Shown here piece after piece: positions 24,824-37,087 of a stretch of 64,000 nucleotides of DNA; the first letter of the stretch is position 1; each line of letters starts with the position of its first letter. The stretch covers positions 192,696,001-192,760,000 of the forward strand of contig NC_042997.1 of NCBI RefSeq assembly GCF_006345805.1. The letters run 5' to 3'. A program made the position numbers and the translations under genes. The notes beneath the pieces are model-generated. The model worked only from the letters and a program-made list of their open reading frames with translations, was not told the DNA's origin and did not search any database. Source of the DNA: Octopus sinensis. Taxonomy: Eukaryota.

Positions 24824-25299
24824 TTGGGGAAATTTTGAACCCGGGTTCTCATTCCTAAGGTATTTTTTAATATTGTTGGTGTTGTTGTTGTTATTATTAT
24901 TATTATTACTTTCTTCTTTCTTCAATTTTCTTCTGTTCCTCACCGAGTGTTTTCCGTACACCTAGGGCACAGAAGCTTATTGTATACATTCCCAGATTAC
25001 ACACGCAAATTCACAGATAAAATATGTATTTTAAAAAATTAATAAATAAATAAATTCGTGAATGAATGTTGTTTTCACAGTGATAATGCTCTTCTCAGTA
25101 CATGAGCCATTCCATTATTATTATTTTTATTATTATTATTCAGGTCACAACCTGAAATCGAACTCAGAATCTTGGGGTTAGTGGCTCACGCTCTTAATGG
25201 GGGGCTACTAACCCCAAGATTCCAAGCAGTGACCTAAATAATAATAATAACATTGAAAAATACCTTAGGAATGAGAACTCAGGTTCGAAATTTCCCCAA

Positions 25300-25342
25300 G
25301 ACACCTGATGAAGGCTGGAGGGTATATCAGGTGAAACGTGTT
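25300..25342 (+). ncRNA. Minimal type-I hammerhead ribozyme (degenerate copy)
   Basis: GACAC-CUGAUGA-A-GGCUG(GAGGGUAUAU)CAGGU-GAAAC-GU-GUU. Both core boxes are intact; stem II is mismatched and there is a 2-nt deletion at the cleavage site relative to the other copy. Confidence 0.65.
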
Positions 25343-26126
25343 AACAACAAACAAGACGAGGACAAATATCCATCAAATGTAAATAATGTAAATAATTCTC
25401 CAAATATGTTTTGTTATGTTTGTGGAAAATACACATTACCTGAAAATCGAAAAAAAAACATCACTGATTTTGTTGAAAGAGTGTATATGGCATATTTTGG
25501 GGTCAAGCTGGGAAACCAAGATAAATATTGAGCACAGTATAGTGTCTGCAAATAATATACAGAACATTTGTGACAATGGACTAAAAGGACAAAGAAAAGT
25601 ATGAGGTTTTGCTATACCAATGGTATGGTGGGAGCCCTATAATCACATAGACGATTGCTATTTTTTTAACCTAAATTTGAAGGCTATTAACCAGAAAAAT
25701 CAACAAATACTTGTCTATCCTAATTTTGCCTCTGCTATTAGACTGGTTCCACACAGTGAAGAGCTTCCTGCTTCTGTCTTGCCTCAGATAACTTTATCCT
25801 CAACCAAAGAAGATTCATCACCTGAAGATGACGCTAGAGATCAAGACTTTTTAGTTGAGACTTTACCTCAGCTATTCTCCCATGTAGAGCTGAATGATCT
25901 AGTTCTGCAGAACTGTTGGCTTCTTGACTGAAAGAGAAAAATCTTCTAGAGAATGGTGTCTGTATAACCTTTTATCGGAGTTGGCATGAAGAGTTCATTT
26001 CTTTCTTCACAAAAGAAGTGCTGGTTTACTGCAGAGATGGCAGTGGGCTTTTTAATAAACTTGGCATTGAGGAATACAAACCAGAGGAATGGCATCTTTA
26101 CATAGACAGCTCTAAGCGTAATTTAA

Positions 26127-26338
26127 CCCTTTCGTTACCATATTTCTGTTGAGATGCTCTATGTTTCTTTCAATTAATTTTAAATATAACAAAGAATTTA
26201 GTAAAATAACTTAATTATCATTCAACCAGTGTTAGGAACATAAATTGTGACTAAGGTTTGATGGAAGATTTTAATTCAGAACATAAGAAAACAAGACATT
26301 TGTACTACAGAGCCAGAGCCGGGTTGGTAATGAAAGGG
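26127..26338. mobile_element. piggyBac-like TTAA MITE
   Basis: TTAA|CCCTTTCGTTACC...GGTAATGAAAGGG|TTAA; precise removal restores the host transposase frame. Confidence 0.9.
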
Positions 26339-27903
26339 TTAAAATTTGTATTGTTGCACAATGGAAATGTGGATGGCTTTGTCCCACTTGGCCACTCAAC
26401 AACTCTGAAGGAAGAATATGAAGAAATTAAGTTAGTTTTAAAGATACCATATCATGATCATAAATGAGTCATTTGTGTTGACTTAAAGATGGTGAATTTT
26501 CTCATGGGACAGCAATTTGGTTACACCAAATACCCATGATTTCTTTGCATTAGGAACAGTAGAGACCAAGTAAACTACTATGTTAAGAAAGACTGGCTGC
26601 CTTGAACAAATATGGCTCCATGTAGAGCTGCCAATATATTGGAAGAACCTTTAGTTGAGCAAGATAAGATCATCCCCCCACCCTTTGCACATCAAACTCA
26701 GATTGATCAAGCAATTTGTCAAAAATGGGGAGTGCTTTAAGTATAGCTGCAGTGTATTTCCAGACTTGAGAATTTGAAAACTTAAAGCAGAGATTTTTGA
26801 TGGACAACTAGTCCATAAGCTCTTGAAAGACACAAATTTCGTGAAAACAATGAGCAAAAATGAAGTATCAGCTTGGCTAGCCTTTGCAGAAGTAGTGGAA
26901 ATTTCCTTGGAAACACAAAAGTGAAAACTATAAAGACCTTGTTACCAACTTGATATCAACTTTTCGTGATATTGGCAATAATATGTGCATCAAAATGCAT
27001 TATCTTTTTAGTCATCTTGATTGTTTCCTGAAAATCTCAGAGACTTTAGTGATGAACAAGGTGAACAATTCCGTCAGGACATCAAGATGGAAACTTGGAA
27101 CCAAGGACGTTGAGATACTGTGATGATGACAGACTATTGCTGGTGTTTGAGACGAGATAGTTTTGTTGCTCAACATTCACCGTGCACAAAGAAGTGTAAA
27201 TTTATTTCTTGAATTTTCTGCCCCAAATCTTTGCCAATGCGCATTTTCAATTTTGAATTTTGATTTGTACTTTGTTTTGTTTTGTGTTATACTCCCTTTA
27301 TAGATTCATATTATATGCCCTTTGTATGAATAAAATACTGTATGAGATCCAGTCAGGAAACTAGACCTGATAGAGCAGGCAAAATCACTTACGAATTCGT
27401 CGAAATATTCCAGGCACCAGGCAAAAGAATTAATTTTTGTTGCCCAGTGTTACTGAATTACAATAATTATAAATGATATAAGGAATAGTTAAGTATGAGA
27501 ATAAATGAAAATCTAAGTTATTCAATTTCAAACTTCTGTGAGCAAAATCTGACATGGTCATCTTTGTACTTCATTTTTAAACCTTCTAAAAAATTAAATC
27601 CTTGTTATATCCTCAGGCTGACTCAATTTACTACCACCCACTTTCAAACTTGTGGCCATGTATCAATATAAAAAAATCAATTAAGAAAAGTAGATACGCG
27701 AGATTAAAATTAGTGATACGTATTCAAATGAAATTAGTGACAATCTGACGTTTAGTTCCAATTATGATAATTTTGCATTGAGACTTTCTTTTTTTTTCTC
27801 GTAAATTGTTCCTCAGGTTTTTAACTAAACAAAGTTAATGTTCTGCTCAAATAAACTGTCATACTGAATCACTATAGATGTACAAGGCCACAAACATTGA
27901 AGG

Positions 27904-28062
27904 CAGGGCCGGCCCTAGGGTTGCTGGCGCTCCGGGTAAGCCGAACTTCGGCACCCTTACAAGTATAATTTTTTAAAACTTTCACAAGGAGAAAAACTGA
28001 AACTGTAAGCACATGGCACCCCGGGCGACTGCTCGAGTTGCCGGTACCTTGAGCCGGTCCTG
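27904..28062. mobile_element. GC-rich hAT-like MITE
   Basis: TIRs CAGGGCCGGC / GCCGGTCCTG; no clear TSD. Confidence 0.55.
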
Positions 28063-28329
28063 GTTATTACATAGATTCCCAGAACTTGACTGGTACTTTT
28101 AATTTATCGACCATAGGAATATGAAAAGCGAAGTCACCCAGGTGAAAACTAATAACTGATGCGTTAACAAGTTAACATTAATTTGTTTCGGCTTTGTTAT
28201 TAACAATTTTTAGCGATACTCATAACAATGATATTTAACTTATAGCTAGGGATGCGGTATGTTGGTATGTTAGAGAGAAAAAAAAAAACAGAAGGAAGAA
28301 TGTATCGAGAGATTATGAAGTATGGAATT

Positions 28330-29201
28330 AAAGGTTAGTCAATAAAAGTCGATCCAAGTGGGGTCGCCATTTTGTTAGTCGGACTAACAATGAATTTCTA
28401 AGTGAACGTCCCGTCGACTTTCTCGTACGGCAACCTCAGCCAGCAAACCTAGAGAACGAAAACTATTTAATAAATGTTTATTAGCTTTACTATTTTCATA
28501 CCGAACCCATTATAAATATTGTCATATCAACAACAAACGAAGCTATGTCGAAGATACAACGGAGAGAAGTAACACGGTATACGTTAAAAAACTTCCATTC
28601 AATAAATAATTAATTATCGATGTAAATATATATACATGTAGTATGTGTGTTTTGTCTATCAAATTATCTCTAGCTCTCTATCTGACCGATCTATCTACCT
28701 CCAGAAAAACAAGTCTACGTTAATAGCCTTCTCTCCTATACTAATTATATCTCTTTCTCAGTGATCTCCCCTCTTCCCCCTTCTATTTGGTTTCATAGTC
28801 TCCCTCCGCCTCTCTATTTGCAGTACGGTTTTTCCTCCTCTGGCCTCTCCTCCCTGTTGCTGCCACTCCTTCACTTCCCTTCTGACGTTAACTCTGCCTT
28901 CCTTTTTTTCACTACAACGACTTTCCGGATGTCACTGCCAACTGATCTCCAACTTTGCTATTTAGTCGCTCTTTCGTAAAGAAACTAAACACGTACTACC
29001 ACTACGACCATCACCACCACTACAACAACAACCACTACTACTACTACTACTGCTATTAATCTACATTACTGTCTGAGTGGATCGAACCCATGTGGCCTTT
29101 TGTCCTTGTCTATTAACGTCTAAATATGAACATCATTTTGGGAAATCGTTGAGCTTTATACATATAATTTCTCACCCTCGAAAGCCCAACACACGGTAAG
29201 T
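28330..29201. promoter_or_regulatory. Candidate promoter / first-exon region
   Basis: SINE-free and richer in CpG than its flanks; YY1-like CGCCATTTTG at 28365; CT-rich tract; strong donor ACG|GTAAGT at 29195/29196. Confidence 0.4.
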
Positions 29202-31029
29202 TCATTAGACTGCGGATTCTGACACTATTTTGATTCTTTACTTCTAAGCTTGCTATTTCATCTATTAATATTTCTATTTTATTTTTCTCTTTTCGTCCTC
29301 GTTTTATAATTGAGTCTTAAAAATCTTGTTATTAATTTCTCATTAGTTGTCAAAAGTCCTTCTTCCCGTCTCTGATGTTACTATACCAACTCTGTTTAGT
29401 TGGTGCTTGTATGTTACTATCCTCAAAGACAACTAACTTCAAGAGATATACATAGATATATACGTGCATACACACATACGTATAGCTTTTCCATACACCC
29501 TGGCTGCTCCATTGCTATATTAAAACAAACTCAGACTGACAGGTACCACGGTAACTATTCCTGCGTAAATACATCTCCGACTTTTAAATCTCTATAGATC
29601 AACTATATTGGTATGCACGCATGCATAAATCTATGTATGAATATGAATACTCCCTCATACATACATACATATTTTTTTCTTTCACATACACATACACAGT
29701 AAGTACGTACAAGCCATGGAGACATCTGGTTTAAATGATAGCAATTTAACCGATGTTTCCAGCCATTTGCTCTCATATGATTAGTTATTCTAAAATTATA
29801 AATGTCTGCTAATTGACTGTTGATGTCGTTGTCTAGATGTCCTACTAGTCTTTTTGCTTCGTGTTGACATACTAGCAGATATCCACCCCCTATGGCACTG
29901 TGCAGACAGATTGACATAATAACTGCCACACTCACCAATTTGCTAATCTTACTTTTTTTTTCTTCTCTTTCTTTTTTTCGTTTTATCTTGTTTTTTATTT
30001 TTTATTCCACGTCAGTTGTCTGTACCAACAACAGCGAGGGAAAACTTAAGTTGACCTCTATTATTTCTTCGGGATCATCTGAATATCTTGGGATGGGATT
30101 CCTAGATATACCCCCCTCCTGTTACTTCCACCGTCACCGCCACCGCCCTTACAACTTCACCAACAGTAGTCTTGTGAAACCCTCTTGTTTACACAAATTC
30201 TAGATTTTCATTTTTCCCAAACTTGACCTATTAGCCTAAATTTTCTGTAAAGTGTATACACCAGATCAACGCAAGGAACAATTTATCAACCTCGTTGTTG
30301 CTTTCTTATTACATTTCCTGTCTATATCGCGAAATACATGATTACATACACACACATACATACATACATACTTACATGCATGCATTCATTCATGCATACA
30401 TACATACTATTTACATCACACCCAATTCTTTTTTTTGTTATATGCTATTTATCCATTATCAAGATTATCACTAATCGTATTAACTTTTAGTCGTCTTTCG
30501 ACCCTGACAGTATTATCAAATGAACTGTTTGTTAATCTGATCTTTGGATGCAAGTTTCCCCTCTTACTAGAAACATAACTACGTTTAGAAGTAGTGTAAA
30601 TTTATTTGCTATTTAATTGGTTTTACTGTGTAGGATTTTGCTATGTATCGCTGTGGTTATTCACTACCACCTGCAGTTTGATTAGCGTACATGCTTCTAG
30701 TGCCACCAAGTCGTGTCTGTTAACTCTATCTAATACGCTCTTATGTACACACCCAGTATAATATCGCATATGATTATTTAGTGTTACATGGCCACAGTAA
30801 CGTAACATTTCGCTGTGAGCATTTCATCCTGGTCATGGTCACTAATACAACGAACAATTATTATCTGATGGGTTTTCTTCTCGGGGTTACAGATCGTTTT
30901 CTCCCCAAATGTGTGGACGTGTGCGTATTTGTGTTGTTGTTACGTTCTCAACAGCCACTAGAATCATCTGCAATCGGCGGATTTTCATTCTCTGTAAACT
31001 TCCACTAAAGACTTAACTTCGTCGAGCGA

Positions 31030-31800
31030 ACGAGGGAACCTCTATGTGGTCGATCGATCTGCTAGAAATAGTAACGAAATCTCCTGCAAATCACTTCACT
31101 ACGTTGGGAAATACGGTTCTGGTTTGTCTGTGTGTAAGGAAAAAGATGGGACAGTCTCAGCTGGAATGCCTTTGATCTTAGGTCTGATTGATCAGAGTTA
31201 ACGGAGCTAAACAGCATCAACAACTTGGCTGGACCCGCTATAAATAGCAGCCAAATCTCCCTCAAAACACATACTGCCGTTTTAAAAAGGAGAGACAGCT
31301 TGGATTAGTCTGAAGTACACTACTTCTTGGAAGGGAATAAAGAAAGAAAAACTAAATAAATAAAAGACGAAATGTCAAAATTGCGTAGATTTTGATCATA
31401 GGTGTGTTCACTCAGAACTAATATAGGTCTAAAATACAGCGTAGCTTAAAAACAAACACACCCAAACATATTTTTATTAAGTATTTTGGCTATTTTATGT
31501 TCTTAATTATTTTCCATCCCTATGTGTAATGAAATATGATATTCTAGGAAACAAAATCGTAATTTTACCTATATTGTGTTTCGTAACCTCTTATTCCTTA
31601 GTTCTGCTCCTGAAGCTAGACATTTTCTACACAGTCTCTCAACCTGCTAGAAATAGCAAACAAATTTTCCGCAAATTACACTATACTGTCTTTAAAAAGG
31701 GAAGGACTCGTTGGATGATATAGTTCTAGATATACGAAAATATGAGATGATTGCGACAGAAACATATCTTCGATCGTAGGTGTGTCGATCAAGTTTAAAC
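31030..31800 (+). repeat. Three diverged copies of an old dispersed repeat (CTGCTAGAAATAGCAGCC...TTTGATCATAGG)
   Basis: The same motifs occur at about 11050-11260 and 45840-45995. Confidence 0.55.
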
Positions 31801-32173
31801 AATCCTTCATTCTTATTAAGGAAACCGGTCTAAGTTTTGCTAGCAAGATATGATAACATTTTTAAAAGTCAATCCCATCTCGTATGTATTTCTCCATTGA
31901 ATTTTATTAAAAAAAAAAAATGTTGTGAAAAGCATTGTTGATGGTACCCCGTAAAAAAACACCGGTGATGATGCCACAAAAAGCACCCAGTACATTCTAT
32001 GAAGTGGTTGACGTTAGGAAGAGCATCCAGCTGTAAAAACCATACCAAAACAATGGAACCTGGTGCAGCTCCTGTCAAACCGTCCAACCCATGACAGCAA
32101 GGAAAACGGACGTTAAACAATTATGATGAAGATACGTTGTTGAGTATTTTGGTAATACATACGTACATACATA

Positions 32174-32562
32174 GGCGCAGGAGTGGCTGTGTGGTAAGTA
32201 GCCTGCTAACCAACCACATGGTTCCGGGTTCAGTCCCACTGTGTGGCATCTTGGGCAAGTGTCTTCTGCTATAGCCCCGGACTGACCAATACCTTGTGAG
32301 TGGATTTGGTAGACGGAAACTGAAAGAAGCCTGTCGTATATATGTATATATATATATGTGTGTGTGTCTGTGTTTGTCCCCCTAGCATTGCTTGACAACC
32401 GATGCTGGTGTGTTTACGTCCCCGTCACTTAGCGGTTCGGCAAAAGAGACCCATAGAATAAGTACTGGGCTTACAAAGAATAAGTCCCGGGGTCGATTTG
32501 CTCGACTAAAGGCGGTGCTCCAGCATGGCCACAGTCAAATGACTGAAACAAGTAAACGAGTA
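32174..32562 (+). mobile_element. SINE family A, full length
   Basis: GGCGCAGGAGTGGCTGTGTGGTAAG A-box, GGGTTCAGTCCC B-box, CORE-like TTGGGCAAGTGTCTT, internal (TA)/(TG) tract, tail GAAACAAGTAAA. Confidence 0.9.
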
Positions 32563-32885
32563 TACTTATTACAGCCTAAAATGTGTCAAAACTATTTAAA
32601 AGTTGAAGGCGGGTATTTGTAGAATTGGAATGGCTGAGAACATGTGTTTTACATGCAGTGTAATAACATCATTTCAAAAATATGTGCATATTGAAAGACA
32701 CATGTAGCTACAGTTCAGCTATCACCAAATAGAGCTATTATAAAATACAATCTGCCCACGACCATCCAATATTATTTTTTTCTCTCCAGCTACAGCCTAG
32801 TTTTTCCCATCTATTCTTCTATAATGAAAGTAGCTTTGTAGATCTACAGCAAGAAACATGATCTGTTCTGTCACCTTTCATACTT

Positions 32886-33239
32886 TGCCGATGCCAGCGC
32901 CGTCTCGACTGGCTTCTGTGCCGGTGGCACATAAAAAGCACCATCCGAACGTGGCCGATACCAGCACCGCCTCGACTGGCTTCTGTGCCGGTGGCACATA
33001 AAAAGCACCATCCGAACGTGGCTGATACCAGCACCGCCTCGACTGGCTTCTGTGCCGGTGGCACGTAAAAAGCACCCACTACACTCGCGGAGTGGTTGGC
33101 GTTAGGAAGGGCATCCAGCTGTAGAAACACTGCCAGATCATACTGGAGCCTGGTACAGCCCCTGGCTTCCCAGACCCCGGTCGAACCGTCCAACCCATGC
33201 TAGCGCGGAAAACGGATATTAAGCGATGATGATGATGAT
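32886..33239 (+). mobile_element. RTE 3' end with about 67-bp tandem subrepeats
   Basis: Three units of CTCGACTGGCTTCTGTGCCGGTGGCAC..AAAAAGCACC, then the RTE terminus and (GAT)n. Confidence 0.85.
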
Positions 33240-35957
33240 TTGTCTCAGGTGCTGCTCAGTGGGACTGATCCCAGAACCTTGTTGTTTGGAAGCAAACTTC
33301 TTACCACATAGCCACGCCTAGCATCTTTATTCCATGCTGGCATGGATTGGACCAGATATCTTTTTGTCTTTTACTGCAGCCAAGCTGGGGAGTCAGCTTG
33401 AAGGGTTTTAGTTGAACAAAGTGGCCCTGGGACTTTCTTCTTTTTTAATGTAGCACTTAGCCTATTGGTCTCTTTTGCCAAACTGCTTTCATTACAAGTA
33501 AGTAAACACACCAATACCAGTTGTCAAGTGGTAGTGGGCGGGGGACAAACACAGACACAAAGACGCACATACACACACATATCCATATACACTACTTGCT
33601 TCTTTCAGTTTCCATCTACCAAATCTACTCACAAGGCCTTGGTCAGCCCAAGGCCATAGTAAAAGACACTTGCCCAAGGTGCCATGCAGTGGGACTGAAC
33701 ATAGAACCATGTGGTTGGGAAGCAAGATTCTTAACACACAGTCACATATATATATATATATAATACATTATGTGGAGGCACATGGCTTGGTGGTTAGGGT
33801 GTCAACATCATGATCGTAAGATTGTGGTTTCAATTCCTGGACCGAGCGGCGCATTGTGTTCATGAGCTCCAGTCCACTCAGCTGGCAAAAATGAGTAACG
33901 CTGCGATGGATTGGTGTCCCGTCCAGCTGGGGAACACATATGCTATTGAAACCGAGAAACCGGGCCCGTGAGCCTGGCTAGGCTTTAAAAGGGCACATTT
34001 ATTTATATTTATAATACATTATGGAGGATATATTATAAACAGTTAAAATTATTTATGAATATACCAGTGGCCAAACATGTTATCATTATATGCATAGAAG
34101 AAGAATGTTTATAATTATAAACAAATCACAATTATAACTAAGAGAGTTTCAAGACCCTTACATGTTTAGAAATAGCAGTCAAAACCACTATAAAGCCATT
34201 TTTATCATTCATATTATTCCATTTCATGATAAAAGCTGTCTGCGGGTGACATAACAAATAGAATCCACAACTTGGACATTATGAACCTATTAAGGGATCT
34301 ATTCGTCTTGTCAGGGGAATATTCCTACAGATCGAAATCAATACAAGATCTTACCTTGGGGCTAACATGTATCCCGACCAGCAAGAGAAATGTGTCAACT
34401 TCTATCTACATACTCAAGTTTTGAATTCAAATGCCAAACACTGCGTTTATGAGGGGGGGGGGAACTGGTAAATTAATCGGATATGAGTTGGGAAAATTAA
34501 ATAATTAAAATGTTCTGAGACCCCCTTCGGTTACCCTAGAAAGTTACCCTCCCAGGCAAGATTGTTTATGGAAAACCAGCAGTTGCCCATGCATACCGGC
34601 CTCCCCTCTCCACGCAACCAGTGTTATCCAAGGGAAAGGCAAAGGCTGATATGACTTGGCACCCGTGATGTCGCAACTCATTTCTACAGCTGAGTGAAAT
34701 GGAGCAATGTGAAATAAAGTGTCTTGCTCAAGAACACAACACACAGCCCGGTCTGGGATTCAAGTTCACAACCTCACGATCGTAAGCTCTATGCCCTAAC
34801 CACTGAGCCATGTGCCTTCACAATTATATGTGTGTATGTGTTCTGTGCATTTGTTGAAAAGGCTGAGCAGTTGTAAGAACTCAATTCATTTGGATGTTAT
34901 GTTTTCCATACACAGTAACTTAAAGAGGGCTCATGGCAAAATTATCTTTGAGAAGCTTTCCACCTTGTTCAGTGATCAGGCTGAGGCAGGGAATACCTCA
35001 GAGCCTAGTTGACAGTAATTAACAGGTACCACCCCTTTATATTTCCTCATACATACTGCATTTCCATGTATTTTCTCATGAATTACCATCAGCCTCGTTC
35101 TGTGGTATTCATTCACATAATATGATGGTTAAGCAAGGCATTTAAGCTTTTTTTTTATCCCCCAAAATGTAGAATATTATAATATATATAACCTGAACCT
35201 TAATTTACTGTCCAAAACTCTTTAAGTTAGGGTATATGAAAAACAATAGAGGCACAGCTGTAGCATTGTGGTTGAGAAATTTGCTTCCCAACCATATGGT
35301 TCCAGGTTCAGTCCCCTTGCATGACACTTTGGGTGTCTTCTACTGTAGTCCTGGACTGGTCAAATTTATGTGAGCAGATTTGGTAGAAATACAAGAAAAC
35401 TGAAAGTAGCCCATTGTATATATGTGTTTGTGTCTTCTGTTCTTGACATTGCATGGTAGTTGTAAATGAGTGTCACTATCATACAAGTGGTGTTGCTAAT
35501 TTCCACCATTCTTTGAGAACATGTCTGGTGGGGAAACAGGTAAAAGTTGGTGACAGGAAGTGCATCCAGGTGTAAAACATCTGTTCAGTAAATTCTGTCT
35601 GAGCCATGCATGAATAGAAAAGCAGATGTTAAAATGATGTGGTTATATATAAATATGTCCTTTTGCCTTTCTTTCTATCTGTCCCCTTTCTCCCTTTAAT
35701 TCCATCTCATGTCTACCTCAGCCTTTTTTACTCTGTCTGCACTACCTGGGTAGGGGTTGGGGAGTTCTCTCTCTTCCCTCCTTTCTCAGTACCATGTAAC
35801 CATCCCATTTCTCTTTCCAGCTTTCATTTTTTGCCCAGCTGCTGACCTGTTCAGTCATGCTTCCCTCAAGTTCTAACTTTTACCTTTCCTTCAACACTGG
35901 GTCCCTTTTTTTTCCTCACTTTTCATTCTATCCTTCATGCTATCTTTTTATTTCTTC

Positions 35958-36293
35958 CGCGGAGGTCGACTTTGTCTTTCATCCTTTTCGGGGTTGATAA
36001 ATAAAGTACTAGTTTCGCACTGGGGTCGATGTAATCGACTTAATCCCTTTGTCTTTCCTTGTTTGTCCCTTCTGTGTTTAGCGCCTTGTGGGTAGTAAAG
36101 AAATATATTTCTCCACGATGTAATCGACTTAATCCCTTTGTCTGTCCTTGTTTGTCCCTTCTGTGTTTAGCGCCTTGTGGGTAGTAAAGAAATATATTTC
36201 TCCACGATGTAATCGACTTAATCCCTTTGTCTGTCCTTGTTTGTCCCTTCTGTGTTTAGCCCCTTGTGGGTAGTAAAGAAATATATTTCTCCA
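35958..36293 (+). mobile_element. SINE family B with 3' end triplicated (3 x 89 bp)
   Basis: Units start at 36027, 36116 and 36205 and are nearly identical. Confidence 0.9.
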
Positions 36294-36816
36294 CTTTCTT
36301 TTTCATGTTCTATCGGACATCATTTTCCATTGCATTATTTCTACACACATCCTGTTCTAATGCTGTCTCAGTCTTTGTTTTGTTTGTTTATTTACATTCA
36401 TACAAACTGCTTGTGTTGTTTGTTTTTGTCACCATCCTTTGCATTTGCTCATTGTTCCCAGTAGCTTTTTGTTGTTGGCCCTACCAAAGCGAACATTGTT
36501 AATGTTAAGGACATGAAACTGTAGTGATTTTTTTTGGACAATGACTAGCTGGGAGAGAGCATGCCCATGTCTTGTGTGTGAGTTTTCTGTTTGTTCCTTT
36601 GTCGTCCTTCTGTGCCATTTTTTAATCTTATACACACATTGTGTCAACAGTTCATATTTACTCAGATGCATAGTTTCTGTTGATTTTTTGAAATTGGACG
36701 AAATTAGCACTGTTGTTCATCTATAGGGTAGCAGATGGGATTTGACATAGACTTATTTAAGTGCCGCTGTCTCGTTATTGCTTAATGTCTTAACTCATTG
36801 AAATAAATATAGACAT

Positions 36817-37087
36817 GGCGCAGGAGTGGCTGTGTGGTAAGTAATTTGCTTACGAACCACATGGTTCCGGGTTCGATCCCACTGCGTGGCACCTTGGGCA
36901 AGTGTCTTCTACTATAGCCTTGGGCCGACCAAAGCCTTGTGAGTGGATTTGGTAGATGGAAACTGAAAGAAGCCCGTCGTATATGTGTGTTTGTGTGTCT
37001 GTGTTTGTCCCACCAACATCGCTTGACAACCGATGCTGGTGTGTTTACGTCCCCGTAACTTAGCGGTTCTGCAAAAGAGACCGATAG
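36817..37087 (+). mobile_element. SINE family A, 3'-truncated
   Basis: Family A head and body. Confidence 0.85.

Larger units (their letters stand above)
24697..25392. mobile_element. Fold-back insertion of two inverted tRNA-head + hammerhead units, 15-bp TSD
   Basis: TAATTCTCCAAATAT at 24682-24696 and 25393-25407; 24720-24870 is inverted relative to 25250-25395; centre of symmetry near 25190-25203. Confidence 0.85.
24656..27212 (+). pseudogene. Chapaev3-type transposase, interrupted and frameshifted
   Basis: MSSSGKCCPNSPN rejoins MFCYVCGKYT once 24697-25407 is removed; IDSSKRNL rejoins KFVLLHNGN once the MITE is removed; several stops and frameshifts remain. Confidence 0.85.
23181..27449 (+). 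mobile_element. Chapaev3-type (CMC) DNA transposon, complete but decayed, with three nested insertions
   Basis: TTA|CACT...AGTG|TTA termini; subterminal inverted repeat CTATCAGATCTAGTTT / AAACTAGACCTGATAG; transposase motifs FCYVCG, PMVWWEP..HIDDCYF, YIDSSKRNLKFVLLHNGN, PLHIKL, DEQGEQFRQD, DYCW. Family assignment is from recall. Confidence 0.8.

Noticed and set aside
25253-25531. 92-aa ORF as a genuine transposase N-terminus
   Set aside because: It is a chimera of the inserted fold-back element and the transposase; the true start is the ATG at 24656.
32819-33193. Regularly repeated units resembling a CRISPR array or repeat protein
   Set aside because: The spacers are identical, the units belong to the RTE 3'UTR, the context is eukaryotic and there are no cas genes.
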